A DNA stretch of 64,000 nucleotides from Octopus sinensis (Eukaryota): positions 34,472,001 through 34,536,000 of the forward strand of contig NC_042998.1 in the NCBI RefSeq assembly GCF_006345805.1, read 5' to 3'. Under the pieces are notes generated by a model that saw only the letters and a program-made list of their open reading frames with translations, was not told the DNA's origin and searched no databases. Below are positions 37,096 through 50,118 of this stretch, one piece after another (position 1 is the first letter of the stretch; the number at the start of each line of letters is the position of its first letter). Made by a program: the position numbers and the translations under genes.

Positions 37096-38623
37096 TCTGC
37101 TGTACCTGTATTTCAAAGGGCCAGCCTTGTCGCACTGAATCTCCTTGAGAACTACATTAAGGGTACACATACTTCTTTCAGTTTCTGCCTGCCAAATTCA
37201 CTCACAAGGCTTTGGTCGGCCCAAGGTTATAGTAGAAGACACTTGCCCAAGATGCCATGCAGTGGGACTGAACCCGGAACCATGTTATTGGTCAGCAAGC
37301 TACTTACCACACAGCCACTCCTGTGCCTGTCCAGATTTTGAAGAATATTATTATTATACTAATTTTCAGGATATTTGAAGCTCTTAACCAAAGCTTCATG
37401 TATGTATGTGTGTGTGTGTATGTGTGCACGCATGTGTGTTCCTGCTTTTTAAAAATCAAATGAAACAAACTGATTTAAACAAAGTTGTTACTATTCATGT
37501 TGCCTTATTTTTTAACTTTTCCTTTTTCTTTTTAAAATTTTTACACACTACAACCCTAAGGCTTCCATGAGCATGGGTTTTACATGGTAAATAATGAGAA
37601 AAATGTTATTTTTTATCCAAAAAGAATAAATAAATTCCAAAACTAGACAGACGTTATCACACACACACACACACACAGATACACCAACATGTTTATTTTA
37701 TTCAATTTTCTTCTTTTTTGCTGATGGTATTCTCAAATATGCTATCTTTTCTTAGAATGGACACTTTCAGTTTTTGGCTTTCAGCTAATCTACAAATTTA
37801 CCAAAAGCTGAAATTACAATATACAGTTTTATGCTAATTCTTTTAATGTACCTATCTTCGTTTGATTTTAACAATTGTATTTAGTTCCTCTTATTAACAT
37901 TAATGGTTGTTTCAATAATTTAAAAAAAACACAAACAAACAAACATATTCTCATTCTGTGATTACTAGATACATTTTTCAAAAATAGCCTGGTTTTTTTT
38001 TACATGCTGCTAACAGCGCTGATTCTTTCTAAATTTTGGCACGATGCCATTTAATAAAAAAAAAATTCTACATAGATCATATGTATTCTCTCAGGAAACT
38101 GAATTCCTCACAGTTCTTTTGTGTAAACATAAGAAATGTGAATGGAATTGGTTATGGTATCATTGTGTCTATTGGAATTGAAGGTATTATAATATGTTGA
38201 TATGAAATATCATATTTATCTGAGCACAGAAAGACATATATAGAAAGTAGCTTGGCAGACAGATTTGTAGAATCACAGCTGAGATGGCTTTGGGGATGAA
38301 AGATTTGTGTCTCAGAGAAGAATAGATGTGTGTCTTGTATGTTTGTAGGATCCAGAGAGTTTGGTGATATTTAGACTGGTGTCTGCAGATTCAGACACAG
38401 AACAAGAACTGTCTGGCTGGGTGTTATTCATAGTTTGATTTCTCTAAACTAGGCTATTATTTGATCTCATTAACATATTGCATCATAGAACACTCATTTT
38501 TTTTTGTGTGTGTATGTGTGTTTGTTTATAGATATTTAGTAGTGTTCAGTTGCTCTGTTATCATCACAGTATTATTTTAATGTCCTCTTTGCATTCTAGT
38601 AGGAATATGGAAATTATGTTATA

Positions 38624-38860
38624 CATCATCATCAAAGTGCCTTGGTCGTGTCCGATTTAATATGCAAGGGTGTTTGTTCTCAGATCTTCTTTGTTCTACT
38701 GCAGCTATTGCAACTACCTTCCACTATGAAATCCTAACACTTTTGCTTTCAACAAGCATCACTGATTTATATTTAATGTTCATACTAACATATCCATCAC
38801 TTCTAAATGCACCGACTAATATCTTTCTTTTAAAGCCAGTCTCTTCTGAAATGACTTGTC
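38624..38860 (-). pseudogene. RTE LINE 3' relic with (GAT)n tail
   Basis: The minus strand ends ...atcggacacgaccaaggcactt-(tga)n, like the RTE/BovB 3' end cggacacgac. It explains the long antisense ORF 38662-38877. Confidence 0.5.
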
Positions 38861-39126
38861 CTCAGTTTTTCATGTAAGTTAACATTGTATACTTTATGTC
38901 AAGAGAAGTGCTCAGTTGTCCATCACCGATAGTTGTGAGCTCTCTTGCAAGAAAAACTTTATCTTTTTATCTTTTTTCTTCTTCCTAATATCAGAAATAT
39001 ATTCTATATTCTACACCTCTTTACATCTCATATTTATTATAGACAGACGTCCATAAAATATGCAGAAACTTCAAGCATTGTCTAAAAATATGACAAGTGC
39101 AACTACTTTAATATATTTTTTCATAG

Positions 39127-39186
39127 AGGATCTAAGCCCCTATGTAGTACAAGAAATTAGTGTCAAGTACCAAAATTACAACAGTA
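39127..39186 (+). CDS. Candidate 60-nt symmetric exon (DLSPYVVQEISVKYQNYNS); boundaries approximate
   Basis: ttttttcatAG acceptor, a single open frame, and a|GTAAGA donor. Confidence 0.2.
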
Positions 39187-39544
39187 GTAAGAAGTTTGAT
39201 TTAACACATGCTCCCCTGCATGTGGCTGCATGTATACACTATACAAATACACAATTTAACAGGTTAACAGATACCATGTGTAAGCACTGAATAAAAGTCC
39301 TGCAATAATCCTCTAGAGCCTTGCCATTTTTACTTTATTGTTATGCTGAGGCTAAATTGTTGAGGTTAAGTTCAGATGAGTGTAATGAAACGTTTGATCA
39401 CCTGAAGGCTCATGTTGCCAAGAGCTTGTAACATTATGTTTTCTTAATCAAGAGAAACTTCTACAAATACAGTGATTTGCATAAAGAAATATGAAAACTC
39501 AATGAATTGCACTTTAGGTGGAATTATATACATTATTTATATTT

Positions 39545-39810
39545 GATGGATATTTCGGTTCTATATTTAAGAGATGAGGAATTATGTACATTATTTACAT
39601 TTGACGGATATTTCAGTTGAGGAATTATGTACATTATTTACATTTGATGGATATTTCAGTTCTATATTTAAGAGATGAGGAATTAGGTACGTTATTTATA
39701 TTTGACAGATATTTGTCCTCATCTTGCTTGTTGTTAACACGTTTCGGCTGATATACCCTCCAGCCTTCACAAGATGAGGACAAATAGCCGTCAAATGTAA
39801 ATAATGTTTC
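39545..39810. mobile_element. Family HH1 tail (minus strand, with tandem partial tail copies) plus an inverted tail fragment
   Basis: The minus copy is truncated within the hammerhead core (tgaaggctggagggtatatcagccgaaac, 39736-39769) and abuts a plus-strand tail caagatgaggac...aaatgtaaataatgt. Confidence 0.75.
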
Positions 39811-40549
39811 ATCTTTTATATGTGAGTACTTAGTTTTAAGACGAATGCTTATTTTATCAGTCTGCTACTACCCTTATCTTTGCATGTAGAAAGTAACCAA
39901 ATATTAATTGTTTCTCAGATGATACAAGGTGCCTAACATAAACCTGATTTGCAATAAAAAGGGGAAATGAAAATGGATTGAACTCTCAGCTCATATATCA
40001 CAAACTGAAATATTATGCTAGCATTTTGTCATCTCTTTGCATTGGGACATTTATCTTTGTGTGGTTTCGTAATACATTTGCCACAAATAGGCTTTAGAAC
40101 TTCTTGAAAGCTACCTTTTATTGAGTAACATTCTGTCTATGTGGTGTTTGCCTCAACTATTTAATACCCTAAGAGTTAGAGTTAACTATTGGACAACTAG
40201 AATCTCTGACATTTACATATTAGCTCAGTGCAAAAATAATTGCAATTTTTAGCCTTCAACTTTGAAGCAATGGCCTTAACTTAGAATAAATCTTATTAAT
40301 TGAATTAATAGCCATTAAAAATTACACATTTTTCTCAACAATAATAATCTATTTTCCACAAAAAAAAAAAAATCTGTTCATTCTGTTTGTACAGAATTCT
40401 GGACAAGAGGTGATACATTTTTGAAGATGCTGTTTGGCTGACAAAGACATTTTTGTAAGAAGTTATTGAGCTGCTTGAGGAAGTGGTACTCAGTTGGTTG
40501 GTCTAGTAAATTAACAGGATTAGGTAGAGTTCTGTAGCTAGTTCAATCA

Positions 40550-40882
40550 AAAAACAGTCTTGGTTGTGTTAGAACAGAGAATACTGCATTATTTATCTCG
40601 AGAGGAATGCCTGTAAGGACTTGTGATGCATAAAACCTCTTGTAATTATATCATTGACAGACAAGAATCATCTGCTATGACCAGTGGAACTACCGGATCA
40701 CATGGGCTTGTCCTGGTGGCCATAGCAGATGGTTCACATCTGTCAACAATATAATTATGAGTGCCTTTTTGCATCATGAGTTCTTATGAGAGATCCTCAC
40801 AACGTAAATAATGCCGTGTTCTGTGTTCAAACAGAGTCTCCATTGTTAAGCTGGAGATCAAAATTACCTTTTACTCCTATTA
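40550..40882. mobile_element. Palindromic insertion splitting the mariner ORF between TLKEL and (I)ELGY
   Basis: Diverged arms about 40571-40690 / 40710-40830. Confidence 0.65.
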
Positions 40883-41719
40883 TCAGTTCTTTCAGTGTCT
40901 CCAAGACATTTGTGAGACATGAGGTTGGGCTTTTCTCTGGAGAAGAATCGGTCCTTTTCAACTGACCAATGTTGGAAGTAAATAGAGCTATTCTTGATGC
41001 AGTTTGCTGATTCATTTGATAATATTTCTCTGCTGAAATGGTTTTGCTAGGATTTAAGAAATAATAGGGAATAATTCCAGTAACCAGCCACCATAAACTT
41101 CCTTTGATACAGCTTCGGTTTCAGAAAGTGTTTCAGTGTGTCACTCCAGTCCAGTAACCATACAAAATGCTGTTGGATATTCTGTAAAATCTCTTTTTTA
41201 TCATGTGATCAAGAAATGGATTGTTATTTCGTTATACAATAAAAGTGCAGAATAGAGAAAGATTTTTTTTTTCCTTCAGGTCATGTAGCAACCATTTGTC
41301 AAATGTTTTTAACTTTGCATTATCATACAAATGTCTGAAAAAATCTGTTGAATGGTCAACATTTAGTTATTTTGCCATCTCTAAAGTTATTTTGAGTGGA
41401 TCTGCTTCAGTAATGTTCCTCTGCAATCTTCCTCTTCTTCAAGACTCGTCTCCACTGTGAAAGTTTTGGAACCCATGTTAAGCTATACAGTCATTCACAG
41501 CCGCCTAGCCAAATGCTTGGTTGATATTGTTTTGCATTTCATTTTGAGTTCATAGAATAAAATAACTCAGAATTACTTTTCTCCTACAATTTTAATTTGA
41601 CAGCCTAAAATAAACATGAATAGACGGTGAAACCAAGACCACTACTATAAACCACTGACTGGAAATCTGTGCTTCAAAATGGTGTTACTTGAAAGATAGT
41701 TACATAAAAAGAAGTTTAT

Positions 41720-42173
41720 AAACAATTATAAATAAGGGCAAAAGAAACAAATTTCTATGCCAATATGCTGAGAAAAAGACTTTAAATTGTGAATCACCAC
41801 ATACAATATACATCACTATAAATACACGGTGTGTTGAATTGAGGAAAGCAAGCGAACAGAATTTTTTTTTTTAATTCGTTATCTCTGTATTGAATGATTT
41901 CGAGATTAATCCAACTGATTTTTCCACTCATCAGCAGAGAATATGTTAAGAAATAAATGAAATACTTACAAGCACCGATGGAAAAAAAAGCAGAAGCAAA
42001 AGTCATGAGTACACATAAGTACCTCCCAAAATTCTGTTCGCTTGCTTTCTTTGAGTTAACATGTTGCGTATTTATAGTGATGTATATTGTATGTGGTGAT
42101 TGATGCATTAAAGTCTATTTCTCAGAATATTGGCAGAGAAATTTTTTCTTTTGCCCTTCTTTATAATTGTTTA
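41720..42173 (-). mobile_element. PLE-like element with inverted 3'-tail duplication, nested in the mariner 5' UTR
   Basis: Arms about 41720-41865 / 42028-42173, with a hammerhead in the spacer. Confidence 0.75.
41883..41939 (-). ncRNA. Type I hammerhead ribozyme motif, near canonical
   Basis: Minus strand CTCTG-CTGATGA-GTG-gaaaaatcagttggattaat-CTC-GAAAT-cattca-ATA-CAGAG. Helix I is 5 bp, the core is intact, and helix II has one mismatch. Predicted AUA cleavage between 41888 and 41887. Confidence 0.62.
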
Positions 42174-43324
42174 CAATTTTCACCTTAAAAGGTATTCTAA
42201 TATGCTGACCATTTGATGAAATTTTTTGAAAACAATTTATCCTATAATAAATCTCTGAATGAGGTATAAACAGTAACTGCACGACAGTGTGAGATGGCAA
42301 GTATACCTCACAAATTTATCCTATATTGGAAGTAAAAAAAGGAAGTTTATTCGAAAATATGCATTAAAGTTTAAAATAAACCAAAACTGTGATTATTTTG
42401 GCACTAACTGAATAGTTTTAACAAACTACCTGTAGTATGGCATATCAGCTGACATAGATATGACAGGAACGGTTTACAACAGTTGAATATTTCAGAATTA
42501 TGGTAGCATGTTTATGTGGACTAGTTTTTATATTTGGCAATGCAATATACTTTCTTGGTTCACGAAGGAAATTAGTATACAGATACAAAACATTGAGAAA
42601 ATGCATGTGTATGAGCCAAACAGAAAAACAAAATTTTACCAGCTCAAATATTTTCCTGATATTTACACTCAGCCCACCCCCACCCCATATACTAAGGGTT
42701 TCCATGAACATAACAACACCTAAAATGCTCTTAGATCAATTCTAAAATAAAGAAATATATTTATAGTTTTTATTGTCACTGATTATCATTGCTACAAAAA
42801 CCTGAAGCAACGTTTAGACAGGTTTTGGGATTTATCCTTTCCTTTCTTTCCACTAAACATGGATCCTACTAAAACTGTTCATGTATGGTCTGCCCCTCAG
42901 CTGATGTCATCATCATTTAATGTCCATTTTTCATGCTGGCGCACCGACTTGAAGAATTTTCACCAAATGAATTGACCCCAGAACTTATTCTCATTTTAAG
43001 CCTGGAACTTATTCTATTAGTCTCTTTTGATGAACCACTAAGTTACGGGGACGTAAACACACCAACACCAGTTGTCAGGTGTTGGGAGGGGGACAAACAT
43101 AGACACAAAGACACATACACACATAGATATACATATATATATGTCTGTGTATATATATATGTATATATGTATGTATATGTATATAAATATATATGTTATA
43201 TGTGTATGTATATTCTTGTAATTGTCATTTTAGTAAATAAATAAGTTAACATTATATAATGTCTAAAAGTTGATGAACCATCTATTGATCCCCTCCATTT
43301 TTTTTATTGCTATATACATACATA

Positions 43325-43715
43325 TATATAAATATATGGCAAATGAAAGACGGATGATGGAATATACGAGAATTTATTATTAATCCCGACAATTGCTTTG
43401 ACACATCTAGCATCGATTCCTCTTGGGTGGGACACTCAACAACTGGTCCAGGAGCATCTGGCAGTGCAGATGTATCTTGTTGGGTGATAAATAAATGCAG
43501 GTGTAAACCGACCTTTGAAATGTGGAGTAGATGAAACAAAGGTGACTGAAGAAGGGGAATTTTCCTTGTTTTGTATGTCCTGTACTCTATTTTTTCGTTG
43601 TTTAAGTAAAATGTCCATTTCCTTGGTTTTGTGTTTATGTTTTCGTTTCTCATTGTGTTCAATGTTTTTTTGGTGTCCTGTACCCATATATGCATGTATA
43701 TATACATGTAGAGGT
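43325..43715 (-). mobile_element. PLE-like element with decayed hammerhead
   Basis: Minus strand 43384-43433: tccca-CCCAAGA-gg...-AAAGC-AATT-GTC-ggga, with a palindromic-type loop and TCCC/GGGA helix I but a damaged core. Confidence 0.45.
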
Positions 43716-43770
43716 AAGTACGTACATATATGTATGTATATATGCATATGTTTTATTTATTTATTAATTT

Positions 43771-43818
<48 letters not shown>

Positions 43819-44286
43819 CCTTCTTTCAGCTTCTGTCTACCAAATTCACTCACAAGGCAGAAGACATTTGCCCAAAGTGCCACGCAGTGGGACTGAACCC
43901 AGAACCATGTGGTTGTGAAGCAAGCTTCTTACCACACAACTCCACCCGTGCCTATGGAAGGTATTTCTGAAATGACAATTTTGTATGTCATATCAAGTCA
44001 TTTTGGCTAACTTCATACCCTAAAACTGCTCCATCAGAAACAATCTGGGGTTACATACAAAATCATGAACAACCTAGGTACATTATATTATTAGTTTGCT
44101 TGTTTTTTTTTTGTTTTTTTTTTCATACATAGAAATATTTTTACTCTCTGAACCAGAATGACTTTGCACTTCATTTTGCCAAATCCCTCTTATGGAAAAT
44201 ACATTATGTGAATTAAATTTTTTCATGTATTACACTTATGTATGTGCAGACATGCATACCTATAGAAAAGCATGCAAATATCTATC

Positions 44287-44327
<41 letters not shown>

Positions 44328-44820
44328 ATATATATGTAAAGATTGGAATACATACTCATGATAGGCACATAGAAATTACTAATGCTAGTATACATCAGTA
44401 ATTTATGTAACAAACACACATACATGTGTTTGTGTGTCTGCTTACATACACAATACTGGATGTATCAATTTAAATAGAACCTGCTTTCTATTTAATGCTG
44501 TTTTCATATTGAAAACAATAACTTAAGCTTACAGTGAATAGTTCTTGTGTCAATTTTGTTAATGTACAAATTGTTTTCTTGCCTGTTTTAATGTAAATAT
44601 TCATTCACTCACTCAGTATGTTATATGCATTGTTATGTGTTCTTTTTAATTGTTGTTGCTTGCAATATGATATTTTCATTGCATTTCATTTAAGCAGATC
44701 ATGGTTAATCCATTTTTTAAAGCAGGGATTAAGATTATGAATCAAATATATCAGGTTTTACTTTATGGTTGTCTCCCATTCATTTTTAAAATTCTTTCTC
44801 ATAGAGCCTCCTGCAGGATT

Positions 44821-45050
44821 GCAGGAAGAAGGGATGGCAGTCATGGCTTTTCCCGGTCAAGATTAGCTGCAAGATTTCCCGGTCAAGATTGCAGGAAGAA
44901 GGGATGGCAATCATGGCTTTTCCCGGTCAAGATTAGCTGCAAGATTTCCCGGTCAAGATTGCAGGAAGAAGGGATGGCAATCATGGCTTTTCCCGGTCAA
45001 GATTGGCTGCAAGATTTCCCGGTCAAGATTGCAGGAAGAAGGGATGGCAG
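44821..45050. repeat. 70-bp tandem repeat, 3.3 copies
   Basis: Units start at 44821, 44891, 44961 and 45031 (partial). The unit is gcaggaagaagggatggcaatcatggcttttcccggtcaagattagctgcaagatttcccggtcaagatt, with an internal repeat of ttcccggtcaagatt. Confidence 0.95.
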
Positions 45051-47900
45051 GAGGAAGAGCCAGTTGCTGGTTATGGAGCAAAAAAAGAGGATTTAAGTTG
45101 GAAACCAGGAGGAGATGATGAGTAGTGATTTGTCTACCTCTGCTGACCCACCAATGGGAGGGTGCTATGACTCAGGGTCAAAACACCTGTAGGTGCAGTT
45201 ACCTCCCCTGACTGTATCTGTCTAAATAGCTCACCACTAGATGGCACAGCAAGTAATTCTGAGGTTCCGGCACTTTGTCCTTTCTCTTTGTCTTCGTGAC
45301 AGCAGTGTGTGAGGACACGACCTCCTTAGCCCTTGCATAAAGCATGCAACAGCTAATAGACACTGAGCAGCTATGATGTAGGAGACGCAGAAGCTGGACA
45401 TGGCCTTCCACTTGTAGATACCTTTCATGATTTATTCAACTTGTATATATTTGTGACCCGGAGTAAAAAGCATTTAAAGGCTACAGCTTGGTTCTGTGGA
45501 TATTCATTGTACAGTGTTCTTTCCTCGAATGACATCTTCTATTCCAGCTTTCTGAACGGAGTCGTTATTAGATGGTTTCACCACGTGAGACCACGATCAT
45601 CTAAACACCCAATGACTGTAGGGATACCGTCCGATGACTCCAGTTCTTCCTGACCAAAGTTCTATTCCATTTGCCGAGTGGGAAAGAAACAGCTTCTTCT
45701 CGGTGTTAGCAATAACATAATCACTTCAATGACACTCAAATTTTCCCTCTTGCAGAATCAGTTTCTCTTCGATGTCTCATTTATTTGTTTCCTTGGACGT
45801 ATTAAAGTGCCAAAATGTCTGGAACATGGAACGGTAGACTGCTGGGATATTTGTGTTAGAGTTCATATCCCACAGGCATTAAACTCTTGAGAGTTGCTTC
45901 AATTATCCATAATCGTTCTTAGCAAAAATTAAATTTGCATACTGGAGAAGGAAATCGATTTTATAACAGTCATGTATCTTTCTTTTGTGTTTCTTTTACT
46001 TGTGTCTGTCATTAGACTATGGCCATGCTGGAGCACTGCCTTGAATTCAGTCAAACAAACTGACCCCAGGACTTTTTTTTTTTCCTTTTAAAACTGGTAC
46101 TTATTCTATTGGTCTCCTTTGCTAAACTGCTAAGTTACAGGGACACAAAAATACCAACATCAGTTGTCAAGTGGTAGTGGGGGACAAACACAAAGATACA
46201 CACACACACACATGTACATACATATATATACACACAAAAACACACATATATACATACACACACATACATATATACGTATCTATAAGACAGGCTTCTTTCA
46301 GTTTCCGTCTACCAAATCCACTAAATGATTTGGCCAGCCTGGGGCTATAGTAGAAGACACTTGCTGAAGGTGCCATGCAGTGGGACTGAACCCAGAACCA
46401 TGTAGTTGGGAAGCAGACTTCTTACTACACAGCCAAGCCTGTGCCTATATGTTTGTATACATTTTTAAAATAATGATTATCAAACTTGATAGCTCGTGTT
46501 GTAGCTGTCCATTTTGATAAGGTATTTGCCTGCAGGCTGAAGCTTTGATAGCTTGTGTCCTGTCATCAGCACTGTACTGCAGTTCTTGTAGAGACACTTA
46601 TCTTTTAATGGCTTGGTTCCTTACTGTTCGGAATGGCAACACCGTTTAATTGATAAGTGTTTTGTTAACTTGCAACTCTGATTTCAAATTCTCCCACAGG
46701 CAACACCTGCAGAAAATTGGCATCTTGTGATTTGATGAAGAGATATTTGTTGCAGAATCTCTGTAACGTTTTTGAGTAAATGACAATCAATAAAGGCAAA
46801 GAAAGAATTTGAATAAAAAAAATAAGAAAATTATACAAGTGGGTTAATTGAAATTTTTTTAGTACATGTGCACTAAGGAAATTTCAACTTTGAAGAAAAC
46901 AGAATCCAAACAGTTATTGATTTGAGATTTATAAATTGGAGTAAGTTATTACTTTGGGCAGTGAGCTGGCAGAATCATTACCATGCCAGACAGTTAGGGT
47001 TAGCGGCGTTTTGTCCATCTGGGGTTGATAACATGAGTACCAGTCAAGCACTGGGTGTGGTGGTGGTGATGGGGGGGATCAATCTAATCATCCTGCCCCC
47101 TCCCCAGAAATTGCTGGCCTCGTGCCAAAATAAGACAGGATTGTTTTCATGTATATTATCTTCATCAGAAACAAATATTCTTTTCTAATCTAGGCACAAA
47201 GCCCGAAATTTTGGGGGAGGGGTGAGTCTATTAGATCGACCCCAGTACACAACTGGTACTTGATTTGTTGACCCCGGAAGGATGAAACGCAAAGTTGACC
47301 TCGGTGGAATTTGAACTCAGAATGTAGTGGCAGACAAAATACCTATTTCTTTATTACCAACAAGGGGCTAAACACAGAGGGGACAAACAAGGACAGACAT
47401 AGGTATTAAGTCGATTACATCGACTCCAGTGCGTAACTGGTACTTAATTTATCAACTCTGGAAGGATGAAAGGCAAAGTTGACCTCGGTGGAATTTGAAC
47501 TCAGAATGTAGTGGCAGACAAAATACCGCTAAGCATTTCACCTGGCATGCTAATGTTTCTGCCAGCTCACCACTTTCATTAGAAGCAAATCTTATCAGTT
47601 GATTAAAATATCCCACACTCTTCACTGCCCCTCCCTTGTTTATACTTCCTTGTATCTAACAACAACAATCAATCACTCCCTTTGTTAATGGACGCAAAGG
47701 ATTCTAGTAGGACATGAACTGAAATGTGTGGACATTTAATAAAATGCATGATATGGTTTTAAAGTTTATTCCTATTTCCAGTGCAAATGTCATTTTTATG
47801 TGGGATTAACTGAAGGTTTGTCTCATATTCTCCTTTTAGCATAAAGAATGTCATTCAGTAAAACATTGGAGTCAAGAAACTTAGGAGTTCTTTATAATTA

Positions 47901-48287
47901 ACTAGCAGTATCACCCGGCATTGCTTGGGCTTGTATCTTTTCGACCCTTTAGAATTGGAATTTTTGAAAAGTAAAAATTTTGCATTATGTAGCTTGTTAT
48001 TCTCTGTAAGTGAACATTTTTCTGGTTGAAATACACCGAAAAATGGCGACACAGCAGTCAAAAAATCATAAAAAATAGGGATTTTCATAGAAGAAAAGCA
48101 CCTTTTTGATGCAAATAATTTTTGCTGTTAACATGGCACGATTTGAATTTTTTCTTCTACAGAAGGAAGAGCAAGCCTTCTTCTATCATACTCTCAATTT
48201 TGGTCAACTTGCGCCGCAGGGTCTCAGAGAAGATGGTGTTGAAGGCTACCAAACCTGCCACACACAGACAACTTCAGCTTTATATAG
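47901..48287 (+). mobile_element. Non-autonomous Helitron/Helentron-type element
   Basis: 5' actagcagtatcacccggcattgcttggg and 3' acacagacaacttcagctttatatag, termini typical of this class. Confidence 0.55.
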
Positions 48288-48569
48288 AAAGAGATTGGAC
48301 TGCTTCAGTTATGGCAACGAGGGTTCCAGTTGATCTGATCAATGGAACAGCCTGCTTTTTGGAATTAATGTGTAAATGGCTGAGTGCTCCACAGACATGC
48401 ATACTCCTAGAAAAATAATCAGCAGAAGCCACGAAAGAAGGAGTCTTCAGTGTGGTCATTTTATATGCTAGAAATAAAAGCCTAAATTTCCTTCAATCCA
48501 CATCCTTCCAACTGCTTCTAATATACATCTGCCCAAATGTAGAGGTGTGTATAACTCTTTTGATATTAA

Positions 48570-48776
48570 CCCACCTGAAACCACCTCTGACTCTGTAGAA
48601 CAAATGTCTTGTTTTCATAAGTTCTGAATTAAAATCTTCCACCAAACCTTAGTCACATTAGATGTTCCTAACACTAGCTTAATGATAACTAAGTTATTTT
48701 ACTAAATTCTTTGTTATATTTAAAATTAAATGAAAGAAACACAGAGAATCTCAAAATAAATACAGTAACTAAAGGG
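48570..48776. mobile_element. piggyBac-type MITE candidate
   Basis: TTAA-CCC...GGG-TTAA termini with no coding capacity. Confidence 0.45.
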
Positions 48777-49519
48777 TTAATGTTGTTTATTAATGTGTTT
48801 GATGTCATCTGAGTATGTTTATTCCCAGACCAACTCTGAAACCATTTTCCCATTTCTTTTGTTGATTCACATCTCACATAGCCTTGTTGTATTCTTCTCT
48901 TCATCCATTCTTTATAGAATCTATGAATTTGAGCCAAATTTTCTACAATGAATTCCGTACTGCTTTTAATACACAAACCATACGTACAAAATCTAAATCT
49001 TGGGGTAGCATGCAGAGAATAAAGAAACTGATAGAATGGCCACAGCTTGAATTACTGGCTAAATTCTTTGTTTGATCAATTCCCTCTGTTCAAGCTGAGC
49101 CAACTGGAGCTTCTGAACAACAACTGCAAGAATATTTCAATAGGTGTGGGCATGGCTGTGTGATAACAGGTTTGCTTCCCACCCACATGGTTTAGAGTTC
49201 ATTTCCACTGCATGGCACTTCGGGCAAGTGTCTTTTGCTATAGCCTTGGGCTAACCAAAGCCTTGTGAGTGGATTTGGTAGGTGGAAACTGAAAGAAGCC
49301 CATATCATGTGTGTGCTTTTGTGTCTGCATTTGCCCCCTGTTGTTGGTGTGTTTACATCCCCATAACTTAGTGGTTCAACTAAAGAGATGGATAGAATAA
49401 GTACCAAATTCTAAGGACAAAAAAAATAAGCCCTGGGGTGGATTCATTTGACAAGAATTCTTCAAGGTCGTACCCTGGCAAGGCTGGAGTCAAATGACAG
49501 AAACAGGTACAAAAATAAA

Positions 49520-49960
49520 AGATTGCCGGAACAAATGATTCTTAATTCATTGATGCCCTTCCAAATGTGACTCATTCAACTACAAAATAGATGTGGAACC
49601 TTATGTCAGAAAGGGAGATTGGAAGCCCAAAATTATATTCGTAAGGAATGTGATAGAATATTTGAAGTAAGGACCGAAATAATAATTATAAGGATCAAAG
49701 AAATAACCATATGGTTGGTCAGTAAACGAACATCTTAATCTTGCAGTCATTGTGCTTTATAATTATTCTTGTCTGAGAACAAACAGTTCTTCATCCATTT
49801 TTAAAAGCTACTTTTGTGGTGAATATTTTCCTTGCATATGTTTTCAGTATTTCAGTATTGCAGAATATAACTCTAGCTTTCATTCCAGCTTATACATAGA
49901 TATTTCAGATCAAGAAATCATAGGAAATTGTATGCATGCATACAATTCCATGATATCCTA
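49520..49960 (-). pseudogene. Possible highly decayed Tc1/Tc3-like transposase relic
   Basis: Minus-strand fragments KWMKNCLFSDK and IWASNLPF..KVPHLFCS loosely match W..VLFSDE and VWGAF..G. Weak. Confidence 0.25.
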
Positions 49961-50118
49961 TAGAATATTCCTTGGACAGCAATGAATATAGGAAAATATA
50001 ATGTCTTTATTTCCATATCTTCTATACGAAATTAAGTTTAATTATAATGCATTGTGGGATATGATATATATATTTTTTTTTGTACAGTTTTGTCTCCATC
50101 ATTATTTCCTCTTATTTT

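Larger units (their letters stand above)
40218..42414 (-). pseudogene. Decayed Hsmar1-like (cecropia-type) mariner transposon with two nested insertions
   Basis: TIR remnants tattagctcagtgcaaaaataattgcaatttt (40218) and its counterpart ending at 42414. Minus-strand translation fragments NINQAFG, GDESLEEE, EADP, LNVDHST, DKWLLHDL, PFLDH, KHFLKPKLYQRKFMV, FLNPSKTISAEKY, KGPILL..AQPHVSQM, TEYHFLKQLNNFLQ are collinear with the Hsmar1/SETMAR transposase. Confidence 0.85.

Noticed and set aside
38599-38877. About 92-codon open plus frame ending at GTAAGT (exon-like)
   Set aside because: It is the antisense of an RTE 3' relic with a (GAT)n tail.
40827-41015. ORF MNQQTASRIAL... as a host exon
   Set aside because: An out-of-frame reading of the mariner relic running into the nested insertion.
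46480-46780. Possible DD37D/DD41D transposase relic (LWENLKS)
   Set aside because: One weak motif only.
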